Assembly (NCBI GenBank): GCA_963666285.1
Contig: OY762711.1
Source: Sedimentisphaerales bacterium
Lineage (GTDB): Bacteria; Planctomycetota; Phycisphaerae; Sedimentisphaerales; SM23-30
Length of the DNA stretch: 64,000 bases
Direction: 5' to 3' (one strand)
Both the position numbers and the translations under genes were made by a program. Shown here one piece after another: positions 44,552 to 54,761 of this stretch (the stretch's first letter is position 1; every line of letters begins with the position of its first letter). A model generated the notes under the pieces. It was not told the origin of the DNA. It did not search any database and saw only the letters and a program-made list of their open reading frames with translations.

Positions 44552-45874
44552 ATGAGCTGCAATAAATCAGAACTAGCACAAACAGCAATGAAAATCGCAC
44601 TCAAAGCCGGTGCGAACGAATGCCGGATAACTATCAGCAATACTCGTCTGGTAGAAATTAAATATCGCGAGATGAAACCTGAAAACATAAAAGAAGCGTC
44701 TAAAAATGAAATGACAATACTTCTATATGTTAACGGTAGATTTTCCTCTCAACGTACTTGCGATCTTCGAAATAATGCTTTGGAAACATTTATCACCAAC
44801 GCAGTTAAACAAACTGCTCTATTAGCTGAAGATCCTTTTCGGTCACTACCTGACCAGAAATTGTATAAGATCCCGAAAGAAATCGATTTAGAAAATATTG
44901 ATCCGAACTACAACAATCTTTCTACTGAGGCAAGACACAACATAGCCTATAAAATCGAAAATGAATGCCGAAAGATTGCTGGAGACAATCTCATCTCAGC
45001 AAATGCAGAAATTTCAGATTCATTTCAGGACACTTTAGTTTTAGCCAGCAACGGTTTCGAAGGACAAACGCAGTCAACGTCTTACTCTGTTGGGGCCAGC
45101 ATTGCCCTGCAGGATGAAGGTACACGTCGCCCTAATGGCTATTACTATGCCAACACAACCAGATACAAGGATTTGCCGCCAGTTGAATTCGTTGCAAAAG
45201 AAGCCGTAGAAAGAACTAAAAGACTTATTGGCGGTAAAAAAATCAAGACCCAGACTCTGCCGATAATCATAGAAAATCGACAGGTCCCTAGAATTTTATA
45301 TGGCTTATTAGCTGCAATGTATGGAAGAAATATCCAGCAGAAACAGTCATTCCTGGCAAACAAAAAGGGTCGGGTTATTGCCTCACCAAAACTGACTATA
45401 ATCGACGATCCATTCATCAAACGAGGACAAGGCAGTAGATTATTTGATTCTGAAGGAATTGCCTCCGGTAAAAGGGCAATAATTGAAAACGGAAGACTAA
45501 ATAACTTTTATATTGACTGGTATTATAGCAGAAAGCTTAACTGTACACCAACAACAGGGACCCCTTCCAACCTGGTAATAACTCCGGGAAATCGGTCGCT
45601 AACAGACATAATGAAAGACCTTGGCAAAGGCATACTGGTCACGGGATTTATCGGGGGAAATTCAAATTCAACCACAGGTGACATGTCTCTGGGCATTATC
45701 GGTGAAATGTTTGAAAATGGTGAAATAGTCCAACCTGTATCTGAAATGAATATAGCAGATAATCATCTGACATTCTGGAACAAACTCATCGAAACAGCAA
45801 ATGACAATTGGGAATACTCATCACGCCGAACTCCAAGCCTTGTATTTGATAACATTGTTGTAGCCGGCGTTTAG
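44552..45874 (+). CDS. tldE: TldE/PmbA family protein
   Basis: SFLANKKG, DDPF, FDSEG, NSTTGDMSLG, PVSEMNIA; no HExxH; follows tldD. Confidence 0.88.
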   Translation: MSCNKSELAQTAMKIALKAGANECRITISNTRLVEIKYREMKPENIKEASKNEMTILLYVNGRFSSQRTCDLRNNALETFITNAVKQTALLAEDPFRSLPDQKLYKIPKEIDLENIDPNYNNLSTEARHNIAYKIENECRKIAGDNLISANAEISDSFQDTLVLASNGFEGQTQSTSYSVGASIALQDEGTRRPNGYYYANTTRYKDLPPVEFVAKEAVERTKRLIGGKKIKTQTLPIIIENRQVPRILYGLLAAMYGRNIQQKQSFLANKKGRVIASPKLTIIDDPFIKRGQGSRLFDSEGIASGKRAIIENGRLNNFYIDWYYSRKLNCTPTTGTPSNLVITPGNRSLTDIMKDLGKGILVTGFIGGNSNSTTGDMSLGIIGEMFENGEIVQPVSEMNIADNHLTFWNKLIETANDNWEYSSRRTPSLVFDNIVVAGV

Positions 45875-45938
45875 CATATTGGCAGCTACTCTGTTACAAT
45901 TGTTAGAGATTTTATTATTTTATAGGTAAGCTTGCATA

Positions 45939-47312
45939 TTACATATAAGTATAGCCTACCTCTGAATTTGCCTGCTTAGCTTCTATCAAAGTATTGGTCA
46001 CCCGGTCAAACAGCGACTGGGTTCCTTCATACAATAAATGTTCGATCCTGGCTCCTCCAATACGATCATGAATTGGAAAACCTACCCTTACCAGCGGTAT
46101 ATTCAGTTTCCTGGATAGAGTATAGCCTTTACTGTTACCGATAATAAAATCAGGTTTTAATTCTTCGGCATATTCGTGAATATCAAGGAAGTCTGTCTTT
46201 TCGATAACCTTGACTTTACTCATAGCTTCACCGATAGATTCACTTAAAACTGACTCAAGGTTCGTCTTGGTAGCACCAGTTGCACATATAACCGGTACAA
46301 TACCTATTTCCAGCAGAAACTCAGCCATAGACAACACAAGTTCAGGCTGACCATAAACAATCGCTCGCTTACCGGAAACATATTTATGCGCATCTATATA
46401 ACTGTCAAGCAGCCTGCCTCGCTGATCATGATATTTCTGTGGCATTTTATTGCCGCTAACCTCTTCCAGGGTGCTAAAGAATTTATCACAATTTTTAATT
46501 CCAATCGGCATTGACATGCGATGTGCAGCAACGTCAAACCTGTCATGAAGCATTTTTGCAGCACTGAAATCATCACCAAATGTCTGACAGAATTCAATTG
46601 ATGCCGCCGCTGAACCAGTTTCAACTATTTCCTGGATTTTAGTTCCTCCTGGAGGAATTTTCGAGTATTTCTGCCAGGTCTGACCATCAAGTGTTTCAGA
46701 ATAGTCTGGCAAAATAGTTGGCTTTAAGCCAAAATCTTCCGCTGCGACACGAAGATTTCTTATATCAGCAGGTGACACCATACCAGGTATTATATTTATT
46801 CTGTTATATCCTATATCACCTGGGCGAGCCATCTGGTCAACCATCGCAACAATTGTCCCATAAAATCCCTCTGCCTCTGTTCCGGCATAGCTTGGAGTTG
46901 AAACATTAACAATCTGCGGTAACTCACAATCTGAATATGTCTTGCGAAACTCCTTCAAAAAACCATTCATATCATCACCGATAGTCTCTGCAAGACAAGT
47001 TGTAGCGACTCCGACAAATTTAGGCTGATATTGAACAATCACATTTTCCAGGGCAGTTCTAAAGTTTTCTCCACCACCAAATATTACCGCCTGTTCACTA
47101 AAATTCGATGATGCTATATCAATTGGCTCTTTATAATGACTTATCATATATCTGCGTATATACGTTGAACAACCCTGCGAACCATGTAGAAGAGTTATTG
47201 ACTTTTCTACTCCTGCAAACGCCATACAAGCTCCTAACGGCCTGCAGAGCTTACACGCATTTCTGGTCGCTGTAAATTGTTTCTTTTCTTTTGATTTCAT
47301 CTTCTGTACCAC
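45939..47312 (-). CDS. nifN: Nitrogenase FeMo-co scaffold NifN
   Basis: NACKLCRPLGA, HGSQGCSTY, TTCLAETIGDD, GFPIHDR; follows nifE. Confidence 0.92.
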   Translation of the reverse strand: MVQKMKSKEKKQFTATRNACKLCRPLGACMAFAGVEKSITLLHGSQGCSTYIRRYMISHYKEPIDIASSNFSEQAVIFGGGENFRTALENVIVQYQPKFVGVATTCLAETIGDDMNGFLKEFRKTYSDCELPQIVNVSTPSYAGTEAEGFYGTIVAMVDQMARPGDIGYNRINIIPGMVSPADIRNLRVAAEDFGLKPTILPDYSETLDGQTWQKYSKIPPGGTKIQEIVETGSAAASIEFCQTFGDDFSAAKMLHDRFDVAAHRMSMPIGIKNCDKFFSTLEEVSGNKMPQKYHDQRGRLLDSYIDAHKYVSGKRAIVYGQPELVLSMAEFLLEIGIVPVICATGATKTNLESVLSESIGEAMSKVKVIEKTDFLDIHEYAEELKPDFIIGNSKGYTLSRKLNIPLVRVGFPIHDRIGGARIEHLLYEGTQSLFDRVTNTLIEAKQANSEVGYTYM

Positions 47313-47364
47313 CCTGTTTTCCTATCAGTTATTTATCTACTTACTGATACTGCTTAATCCTACT

Positions 47365-48756
47365 CTATTGTCCAAAAGTTTTTGGAATTTGCCAGACCGG
47401 GCTCATCACACTACGATGAACCTCCCTGGCAAAATTTATCATCCCCTCATACCCGGCTAATGCTTCCTTCCTCTCATGATTATGGTCGCAAAAGCCAATA
47501 CCTAATTTATATGCGATGGGACGCTCTTTTACACCACCGATAAGCAGGTCAACGTTCTTTTCCTGAACGTATTTCGCCAGCTCTAATGGATTGGTGTCGT
47601 CAAGCAAGATCACATCGTCATCACAAAGTTCTGATAGCATGCGGTAATCCTCCTGGCTGCCGGTTTGTGAACCAGCCAGCACAGTCTTCACTCCCAACGT
47701 GCGTAAGGAACGTACGAGCGAGAATGCCTTAAACGCTCCGCCAGTGTAAATGGCTGCCCGCTTGCCATTCAGATCCTTCTTAAAACCTTTTAGCTCATCC
47801 ATAATCCTGGTAATCTCTGTACCGACAAGTTCCTGTGTACGAGCTAAAATCGTATCATCTAAATCCTTAAAATGTTCAGCTACATCATACAAAGCTCTAG
47901 ACATATCTTCGATACCAAAATAAGATACGTGAATAAACGGTATTCCATATTTCTCTTTCATCATTTTTGCCAGGAATACCATCGAGCCTGAACACTGCAC
48001 CACATTCAACGAAGCCGTATGTGCCTTGCGAATATCATCTACTCGCCCATCACCTGTCATTGTCGCAACGACATCTACTCCAATCTTCTTATAATAATCT
48101 TTTATCATCCAGGTTTCGCCGGCCAGGTTGAAATCTCCAAGTATATTTATACTGGCAGGAGATATATCAGCATCTCTTGTACCGATCAGTTTAAATAGAG
48201 CTTCACAGGCCGCCTTATAACCATTCTTTTTAGTCCCCTTAAAACCTTCAGAATGAACTGGTATTACTTCTATACCTTTTTCTCTACTAACTTTTTTACA
48301 AACAGCTTCTACATCATCACCTATCACACCAATGATACAGGTAGAATAAATAAATGCCGCTTTTGGTTTATATTCATCAATCAATTCACAAAGTACTTCA
48401 TACAGCTTAACTGCACCACCATATATAACATCGTTTTCCTGTAAATCCGTTGAAAAACTTAACCGATGAATCTGCGGACCTGACGAAAGAGCGCCCCGAA
48501 TATCCCAGGTGTATGCCGCACAGCCAATTGGACCGTGAACCAGATGCAAAGCATCGGCTACCGGGTACAAAACCACCCTGGATCCACAAAACACACAAGC
48601 TCGCTGGCTGACAGAACCTGCCAGCGACTGGGTTTCACATTTTATCTCAAAAGGCTTACCGGCATTTTCACTGGTCTTTTCATATATATGGCCTTCTCTG
48701 GTTTTTAATACTTCTATACTCACTGCTCTATTCTCTTTTGTACTGCTGGTTTTCAC
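47365..48756 (-). CDS. nifE: Nitrogenase FeMo-co scaffold NifE (alternative GTG start 48723)
   Basis: QRACVFCG, HGPIGC, STCI, VQCSGS, DHNHER. Confidence 0.95.
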   Translation of the reverse strand: MKTSSTKENRAVSIEVLKTREGHIYEKTSENAGKPFEIKCETQSLAGSVSQRACVFCGSRVVLYPVADALHLVHGPIGCAAYTWDIRGALSSGPQIHRLSFSTDLQENDVIYGGAVKLYEVLCELIDEYKPKAAFIYSTCIIGVIGDDVEAVCKKVSREKGIEVIPVHSEGFKGTKKNGYKAACEALFKLIGTRDADISPASINILGDFNLAGETWMIKDYYKKIGVDVVATMTGDGRVDDIRKAHTASLNVVQCSGSMVFLAKMMKEKYGIPFIHVSYFGIEDMSRALYDVAEHFKDLDDTILARTQELVGTEITRIMDELKGFKKDLNGKRAAIYTGGAFKAFSLVRSLRTLGVKTVLAGSQTGSQEDYRMLSELCDDDVILLDDTNPLELAKYVQEKNVDLLIGGVKERPIAYKLGIGFCDHNHERKEALAGYEGMINFAREVHRSVMSPVWQIPKTFGQ

Positions 48757-49008
48757 AGCTCTGCCGCAGGTTGCAGCTAAAACGACTAGCTGCTACCTGA
48801 CGGCTTATGCCGTAATGATTGCTGTAAGTGCTGCAAACCACGCTAACACTTATTTTAACCTACTTTTCACCTATTTATTGGAGATTATCTACATTTCTCA
48901 TATATTTGAGGTTATTACTCTCATATCTATTAGTTACAGACATCTGCCCTAATCCTGCTAATTTCAGTTTGACTACTTTTCTATTTTTACTGCACACGAT
49001 ATAACTAT

Positions 49009-49024
49009 TACAATCTGCATGCCA
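49009..49024 (-). promoter_or_regulatory. Sigma54 -24/-12 promoter of nifEN
   Basis: TGGCATGCAGATTGTA (GG-N10-GT). Confidence 0.7.
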
Positions 49025-49646
49025 AAATATCATTCAGACTCAATGACAGCATCATAATAATACTGACGCAAATAAGAGGTAACCCTGTAAACACAAATAA
49101 TAAAGCAACTTACATCAAAAATACAGCTCAAGACAACTCAACAGTTACCAATTAATAATTGTCATTTTTAAAATATTTTAACATGTCAAATGCTTATTAT
49201 TTACAAAATCTTAAATGACATTTATTTCACAATTACAGCATAACATAGAATTACATAGCTCTAGAACAAAATGTAAGTCATTATAGAAAAGCAACTTAAA
49301 CGATATTGGAAATTAATTTCCATTTTCAGACTGCAAAGATTGCAGCATTGTTTCATTTTTGTTACACACCCAAAATAAATCTCCGCATATTTCAATTTTT
49401 CGCTGCAAGTAATACATACGATTAATATTAACAAAAAATATTTACTTATTTAGCAGAGGAGGTATAATTACAAAAGTGAGTCAAACAAATGGTTAGCAGT
49501 TTTATATAATTTTTTCTTAATAATTAAGACATTTTTTCACGATAACTAACAAGTATACAAAAATTAACATTGACCTGTGGCACAAAAAACACCGCAATGT
49601 TATGGGACTATTTTGGGTAGAATACTACTTTTAGGGAAACTTCAAT

Positions 49647-50339
49647 ATGCCTTCTGACCAATATGGAAGCCAGTACGAGTGTATTGAAACACTCATATCT
49701 CTTTTCATTGACGGTGATCGAGATGAAGCCGGCAAACTTCTTCGGTCATGGGGCCAACAGCATAGCTACCATGATGCAATTAGCGATATACTGGAACCGG
49801 CAATATCAAAATTCGGTCACGACTGGGGCAGGACCGAAAGAGTCAGTCTTGGGCAGGGGTATGTACTGGGAAAAGTAGCCGAAGATATTTTCGAGCTTGC
49901 AGCAAGCGAATATTCTAAACAGATTGCACCTGCCGCTAAAGGACCTGTCATTATGGGCAATATCGAAGATGACAATCACGCATTAGGACGCAAACTGGTT
50001 ATAACCTTTCTTAAAATTAATGGCTGGAATGTAATCGATCTTGGTAATGACATTACTGCAGAAGAATTTATCGATACGGCAGTTAAACATAATGCTTCAA
50101 TCATCGGTGTTTCTGCAATGATACTTAGAACAGCAATGAATATAAAAGGCGTTCGCCAATTACTAATTAAGCGAGGACTATCTGACAAAATCAAGCTGGC
50201 AGTTGGCGGGGCCGTATTCTGCCAACGCCCGGAACTGGTTGATGAAGTAGGCGGAGATGGAACTGCAAATAATGCTATATTAGCACCTGGCCTGTTTGAC
50301 AACCTAATGCAAAAGACTCGTATTAAAGGAAGTGTTTGA
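49647..50339 (+). CDS. Corrinoid (B12)-binding protein, MtaC/MttC-like
   Basis: Cap domain plus DNHALG (DxHxxG), VIDLG, GVSAM, AVGGA. Confidence 0.9.
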   Translation: MPSDQYGSQYECIETLISLFIDGDRDEAGKLLRSWGQQHSYHDAISDILEPAISKFGHDWGRTERVSLGQGYVLGKVAEDIFELAASEYSKQIAPAAKGPVIMGNIEDDNHALGRKLVITFLKINGWNVIDLGNDITAEEFIDTAVKHNASIIGVSAMILRTAMNIKGVRQLLIKRGLSDKIKLAVGGAVFCQRPELVDEVGGDGTANNAILAPGLFDNLMQKTRIKGSV

Positions 50340-50340
50340 A

Positions 50341-51372
50341 ATGAACAGCTCAGAAAGAGTGATGGCAGCAATCCAGGGAAAACCAACATACAGGCGAGCA
50401 GTAGCCCTTACCCTGTCTCTTTATGGCGCCAAGCTAATCAACTGCCCGCTGAAAGAATATTACAATAACTATAAACTATACGCAGAAGGTCAACTTGCGA
50501 TACGAGAGACATTCCAACCAGATATACTACTTGCCCCCTTTGCGTTACCACTTCTAGGAGCTGCATTTGGCAGCAGGATAAAATATTTTGCCAATCACCC
50601 TCCCAACATCGCCAAGCCGGTTCTTTCCAACCCAAATGATATTTCTTCCTTAGGCATGCCTGATATAGATACTGACCCAATCCTGAAATACATCAGAGAA
50701 AGCCTTAGAGAAATGGTATCAAATGCCGATGGTGAATACCCCGTTTCAGCTGTAGCTTTAAGTCCGGTTGATTTTCCAATTATGATATTAGGAATAGAAG
50801 CTTGGTTAGATACCGTTTTATTTAATCATGATCTTACAAAAAGAATTCTGGAAATTTCAACAAAATTCTTCCTTGACTGGACTAGCGCATTATTTAATGA
50901 TGGCGCTACATGTATTATATTACCGGCACCGTTTGCCAACCTGAGAATTGTCACCAGGAAATTTTTAACCAAAACAGCAATCCCAAACCTCAAGGAATCT
51001 TTTGCCCAATGCCTAGGCCCACTCATCCTCCATCACTGCGGCACATCATATCATGATACTTTGCCATATATAACAGACATGCCAAATACCATTGGATACT
51101 GCATAGGAAAAGAAGACAATCTAGCAGAATCAAGAAATGCCATAGGTAGCAACACACTATTACTTGGCAATATAGATGGCCCAAGCCTTTATAAGCGTGA
51201 TCCTGAGCATATATATAAACAGACATGCGAAATAATTGAAGACAGAAAAGAAGACCCTCACTTTATCCTGGCTACATCTGCTGCAGATATTGAACTTGAA
51301 ACACCAGAAGAAAATATTCAGGCAATCATTCAGGCAGCAAAGGAAACACATTTAGAAAAGGCTGGCATGTAA
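50341..51372 (+). CDS. Uroporphyrinogen decarboxylase/MtaA-family methyltransferase-like protein
   Basis: MNSSERV, AAFGS, ILHHCG, LLGNID, ETPEENI; ATG two bases after the upstream stop. Confidence 0.85.
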   Translation: MNSSERVMAAIQGKPTYRRAVALTLSLYGAKLINCPLKEYYNNYKLYAEGQLAIRETFQPDILLAPFALPLLGAAFGSRIKYFANHPPNIAKPVLSNPNDISSLGMPDIDTDPILKYIRESLREMVSNADGEYPVSAVALSPVDFPIMILGIEAWLDTVLFNHDLTKRILEISTKFFLDWTSALFNDGATCIILPAPFANLRIVTRKFLTKTAIPNLKESFAQCLGPLILHHCGTSYHDTLPYITDMPNTIGYCIGKEDNLAESRNAIGSNTLLLGNIDGPSLYKRDPEHIYKQTCEIIEDRKEDPHFILATSAADIELETPEENIQAIIQAAKETHLEKAGM

Positions 51373-51373
51373 C

Positions 51374-51973
51374 ATGCTAATCAAAGAACTCAATAATAAT
51401 ACAGTATGCCTGGCATGTTCAATATTTAAGGCTGAACTGAAAAATATATTTTCCAGCAACAATATTGATATGCCCATCAAATATTTCGACTCAATGCTGC
51501 ACATGGACCCGGAAAAACTCCAAAAAAAATTAGACAAAATAATAGAAACTGAACAAAAAACAGGAAATAAAATCTTACTAATTTGCGGCGAATGCCATAA
51601 CCATATGGACGGTTATGACGATAATACAAAAATCAGCAGAACAACCGGTAAAAACTGCATTGAATTATTCCTGGGCACAAAACTATACAAAGAACTTGAA
51701 GATAATGGCGCGTTCTTTTTCTTGTACGAATGGGCAAAAAGATGGCGGGAAACATTTGAAAACCACCTTGGCCTGAAAGGTAAAAATGCAAAAGAATTTA
51801 TGAAAGAACTACACAAATACCTTTTATATATTGATACCGGCACCCATCCGGTACCCGTAGAAACCATGAATGAAGCTTCTAAATATCTTGGTTTACCATG
51901 GAAAACGTTAAAAATAAACACAAATCAGATATCAAATTCGATACTAGCGGCATTGAATGCACTAAAACTATGA
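51374..51973 (+). CDS. DUF1638-like protein
   Basis: LACSIFKAEL, SMLHMDPEKL, ICGEC, NCIELFLG, FFLYEW, YIDTG pattern. Confidence 0.75.
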   Translation: MLIKELNNNTVCLACSIFKAELKNIFSSNNIDMPIKYFDSMLHMDPEKLQKKLDKIIETEQKTGNKILLICGECHNHMDGYDDNTKISRTTGKNCIELFLGTKLYKELEDNGAFFFLYEWAKRWRETFENHLGLKGKNAKEFMKELHKYLLYIDTGTHPVPVETMNEASKYLGLPWKTLKINTNQISNSILAALNALKL

Positions 51974-53553
51974 TAAATGAAATCGAACAATACAATACCC
52001 AACTAGCAAACACCAATATGGTCTTGGATATTGTGGAACAGATTCTGGCTGTCGCAAGCGACCTGAATGCTACCGGTGAACATTTAACACAGTCGCTTCG
52101 CGGGCTAACCGGAGCCTATGCCATTTTACTCACTATAATGTCAACTAAGAAACCAGACTCTTATAAAATACTGGCATTTAACCCTGAAAGAAGAAAATAC
52201 CTGGCAGAAACAGACATTGTTAAAGAACTCATCAAGCAATCTAAAAAACTCAGCAAAATCAAGTATTTCACCCTTTCAAACAATTCTCTCCGTAAAGGAC
52301 ACGACGTAGAAAAAAATAATACCATGATCGAAAATGCTGTAGTGGCACCTTTAATAAACAAGAACCATCATATTGGAAATCTTATCCTGCTCGGACTACC
52401 AAACAACGAGGCAGGCTCGACAAGATCACTAAAAGCAATTACTCTTCTTTCCAACATACTGGCTATAGTAATGAGAACAGCACTACTCTATAACAAGCAG
52501 GACAAACTTATAATCCAACTTGAAAAAGAAGTTAAGGAACGTATTCACGCCGAAGATGAACTCAAAAACGCAACAAGCCAGCTTATCCAAACCGAAAAAC
52601 TGGTATCAATCGGGCAACTGGCTGCCGGAGTAGCCCATGAAGTTAACAGTCCTCTCGGGGCGATCAAATCATCAAATGAATCCATCAATATCAACTTCTT
52701 GGATTTTTTTAAATTGATCCAAAAACAAAGCCACACCATGGTAAGGTTCAAAACTCTTACCGACAGGATCATTAAAACTATCAATACCGGCACACATGCA
52801 TATTCTTCAAGAGAAATCAGGCAGCAAAAATCGGAAATGCTGCACAATCTGGAAAAACATAATATTAAAAACGCTTACGAAATCGCCAACCTGCTGACCA
52901 ACGCCGGCATATACAATGATTACGCGGAATATATCCCCCTATTCGACAAGAACGACAACTCGGAAGACATTGTATTTCTTCAAAAGTTTTCTACCATACT
53001 GCAAAGCAGCAATATTATCGACATGGCAGTAAAACAATCAACAAAAGTAGTTAACGCCTTAAAAAACTTTGCACGCACCGGCGAAAACTCAGAACTAACT
53101 AAAATAAACATTAAAGATACAATTGAAACAGCTCTTACTTTGTACCGCAATGTATTAAAACATGGGATCGAACTGAAACTCAACTTTGAGGACGTGCCGA
53201 CCATTTACGGATATCCCGATAAACTTTGCCAGGTATGGACAAACCTGATACAAAATGCAGCATATGCAATGGGTAATAACGGGAAACTGGAAATCACATT
53301 ACGGCAAGTCAAAAACCTGATTCAGATTATCTTTACTGACTCAGGTACAGGAATACCGGCAGATATTATAGATAGAATTTTCGAACCGCTATTCACCACT
53401 AAGCAGCTTGGCGAAGGAACCGGACTGGGATTAGATATAGTTAAGCAGATCATCCAAGACCATAACGGATGCATTAGTGTAGAAAGTGAACCTGGCAAAG
53501 GAGCTACTTTTATAATAGAGCTGCCTCTCAACAACCAGTTAAAAACAGTTTAA
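51970..53553 (+). CDS. Cytoplasmic GAF-like + HisKA + HATPase sensor histidine kinase
   Basis: ATGA overlap with the DUF1638 stop; EKLVSIGQLAAGVAHEVNSP, QVWTNLIQNA, DSGTG, FTTK, GTGLGL; no TM. Confidence 0.9.
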   Translation: MINEIEQYNTQLANTNMVLDIVEQILAVASDLNATGEHLTQSLRGLTGAYAILLTIMSTKKPDSYKILAFNPERRKYLAETDIVKELIKQSKKLSKIKYFTLSNNSLRKGHDVEKNNTMIENAVVAPLINKNHHIGNLILLGLPNNEAGSTRSLKAITLLSNILAIVMRTALLYNKQDKLIIQLEKEVKERIHAEDELKNATSQLIQTEKLVSIGQLAAGVAHEVNSPLGAIKSSNESININFLDFFKLIQKQSHTMVRFKTLTDRIIKTINTGTHAYSSREIRQQKSEMLHNLEKHNIKNAYEIANLLTNAGIYNDYAEYIPLFDKNDNSEDIVFLQKFSTILQSSNIIDMAVKQSTKVVNALKNFARTGENSELTKINIKDTIETALTLYRNVLKHGIELKLNFEDVPTIYGYPDKLCQVWTNLIQNAAYAMGNNGKLEITLRQVKNLIQIIFTDSGTGIPADIIDRIFEPLFTTKQLGEGTGLGLDIVKQIIQDHNGCISVESEPGKGATFIIELPLNNQLKTV

Positions 53554-53576
53554 ATTACATAACTGTAAAACTTACT

Positions 53577-54659
53577 TTGAATATTATGAATATAAAAAAT
53601 AAATTATTGCACCCGTCTCTCTATCTATTGTTTTACATTTGTATTTCTGCAATCACCGGATGTTCGATCGGGATAAACACCCCTGACGACCCTAATGCTT
53701 TCTATAAGAGTCAAAAGCTTTATGATTTCTCAAGCCAAAATCCCAGAATCAGTTTCACAAAAATATCAGAAACAGGTTTGACATTTACGATAAACAATGA
53801 CATTGAAATATTGTCGAAAGAAAACATTTCCACCTTGAGCTATAATAATCTCTACTATGACACACTTAATATGATTGCTGTAAACAATCAGGAATATAAT
53901 GATAATAAATATAAATTTCTAATTGATACAGGTTTTAACTACCTGGCAATGACAAATTCAATAACAGTCGAAGAAAACGGTCTCTCTATTTTACCTGCCG
54001 GACCAATAATGGGAAACGACATTTATGGAGGATATTGTTTTTTACCAGACTTTAATTTCGGGTTTACCAGTATTGACTGGATGCCATGCATTTTTATTCA
54101 ACAACACTGGGAATTTAACCTGTTGGGAATTCCAATATGGCAGCAGAAAGGATTCTTACTTGGCAACCAGTTTTTAAGCAAGTACAGCTACCTCTATTTT
54201 GATAATCCTGCCAGAAAACTGACATTTTCTGCAAACCAGGTTTTCACTCCATCATCAGAATTAAATTGGGTCAAATACCCTCTTTACCTGGCAAAAGACC
54301 GGCATCTATTTATTACAATTCCAATTGCATCAAAGAATTTGGATGTAATGTTTGACACATGCGGCAGCCACGGTATTGTTCTGGAGCATGATAAATGGCA
54401 GCAGATAAAGTCAAATATTGAAATAATAAATGAGAAAGACAGTACATTCATTTCTGGTTTTTACGGGAAATTATCCTGTAATAAAATCAAAGTCAAAGAA
54501 TTACAAATAGCAGATAAAGCTATCTCAAGGCCGGAAATTATCGTCCAGGGCAACAATGACCAGGAAACCCTGCAAAGCTACATTAGTATGAAGTATTTTC
54601 GCAACGACCATATAGTTCTAGACTACAAAAACCAACTCATATGGGTTGGGCATAAATAA
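53577..54659 (+). CDS. Two-domain retropepsin-like aspartyl protease lipoprotein
   Basis: Lipobox ITGC; FLIDTG and VMFDTCG; GFLLGNQFL. Confidence 0.7.
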   Translation: MNIMNIKNKLLHPSLYLLFYICISAITGCSIGINTPDDPNAFYKSQKLYDFSSQNPRISFTKISETGLTFTINNDIEILSKENISTLSYNNLYYDTLNMIAVNNQEYNDNKYKFLIDTGFNYLAMTNSITVEENGLSILPAGPIMGNDIYGGYCFLPDFNFGFTSIDWMPCIFIQQHWEFNLLGIPIWQQKGFLLGNQFLSKYSYLYFDNPARKLTFSANQVFTPSSELNWVKYPLYLAKDRHLFITIPIASKNLDVMFDTCGSHGIVLEHDKWQQIKSNIEIINEKDSTFISGFYGKLSCNKIKVKELQIADKAISRPEIIVQGNNDQETLQSYISMKYFRNDHIVLDYKNQLIWVGHK

Positions 54660-54708
54660 AAAAACCTTTAGCCGGGAGCAGCCGGATGGCCGCTCCCAGG
54701 ATAAAGGA
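54658..54708 (-). terminator. Terminator between convergent nifK and protease genes
   Basis: cctttagccgggagc...gctcccaggataaagg hairpin with an A7 flank. Confidence 0.65.
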
Positions 54709-54761
54709 CGGGGGGTATTCAAAATTATATCAGTACTTTGTCCCAGTACTTAGGAATTGGA

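Noticed and set aside
48757..49000. Moco or cobalamin riboswitch near nifE/corrinoid genes
   Set aside because: Could not recognise the conserved cores by eye; needs an Infernal scan
50341..51372. hemE (true uroporphyrinogen decarboxylase)
   Set aside because: Lacks the WxMRQAGR motif; context with a corrinoid protein points to the MtaA-like branch
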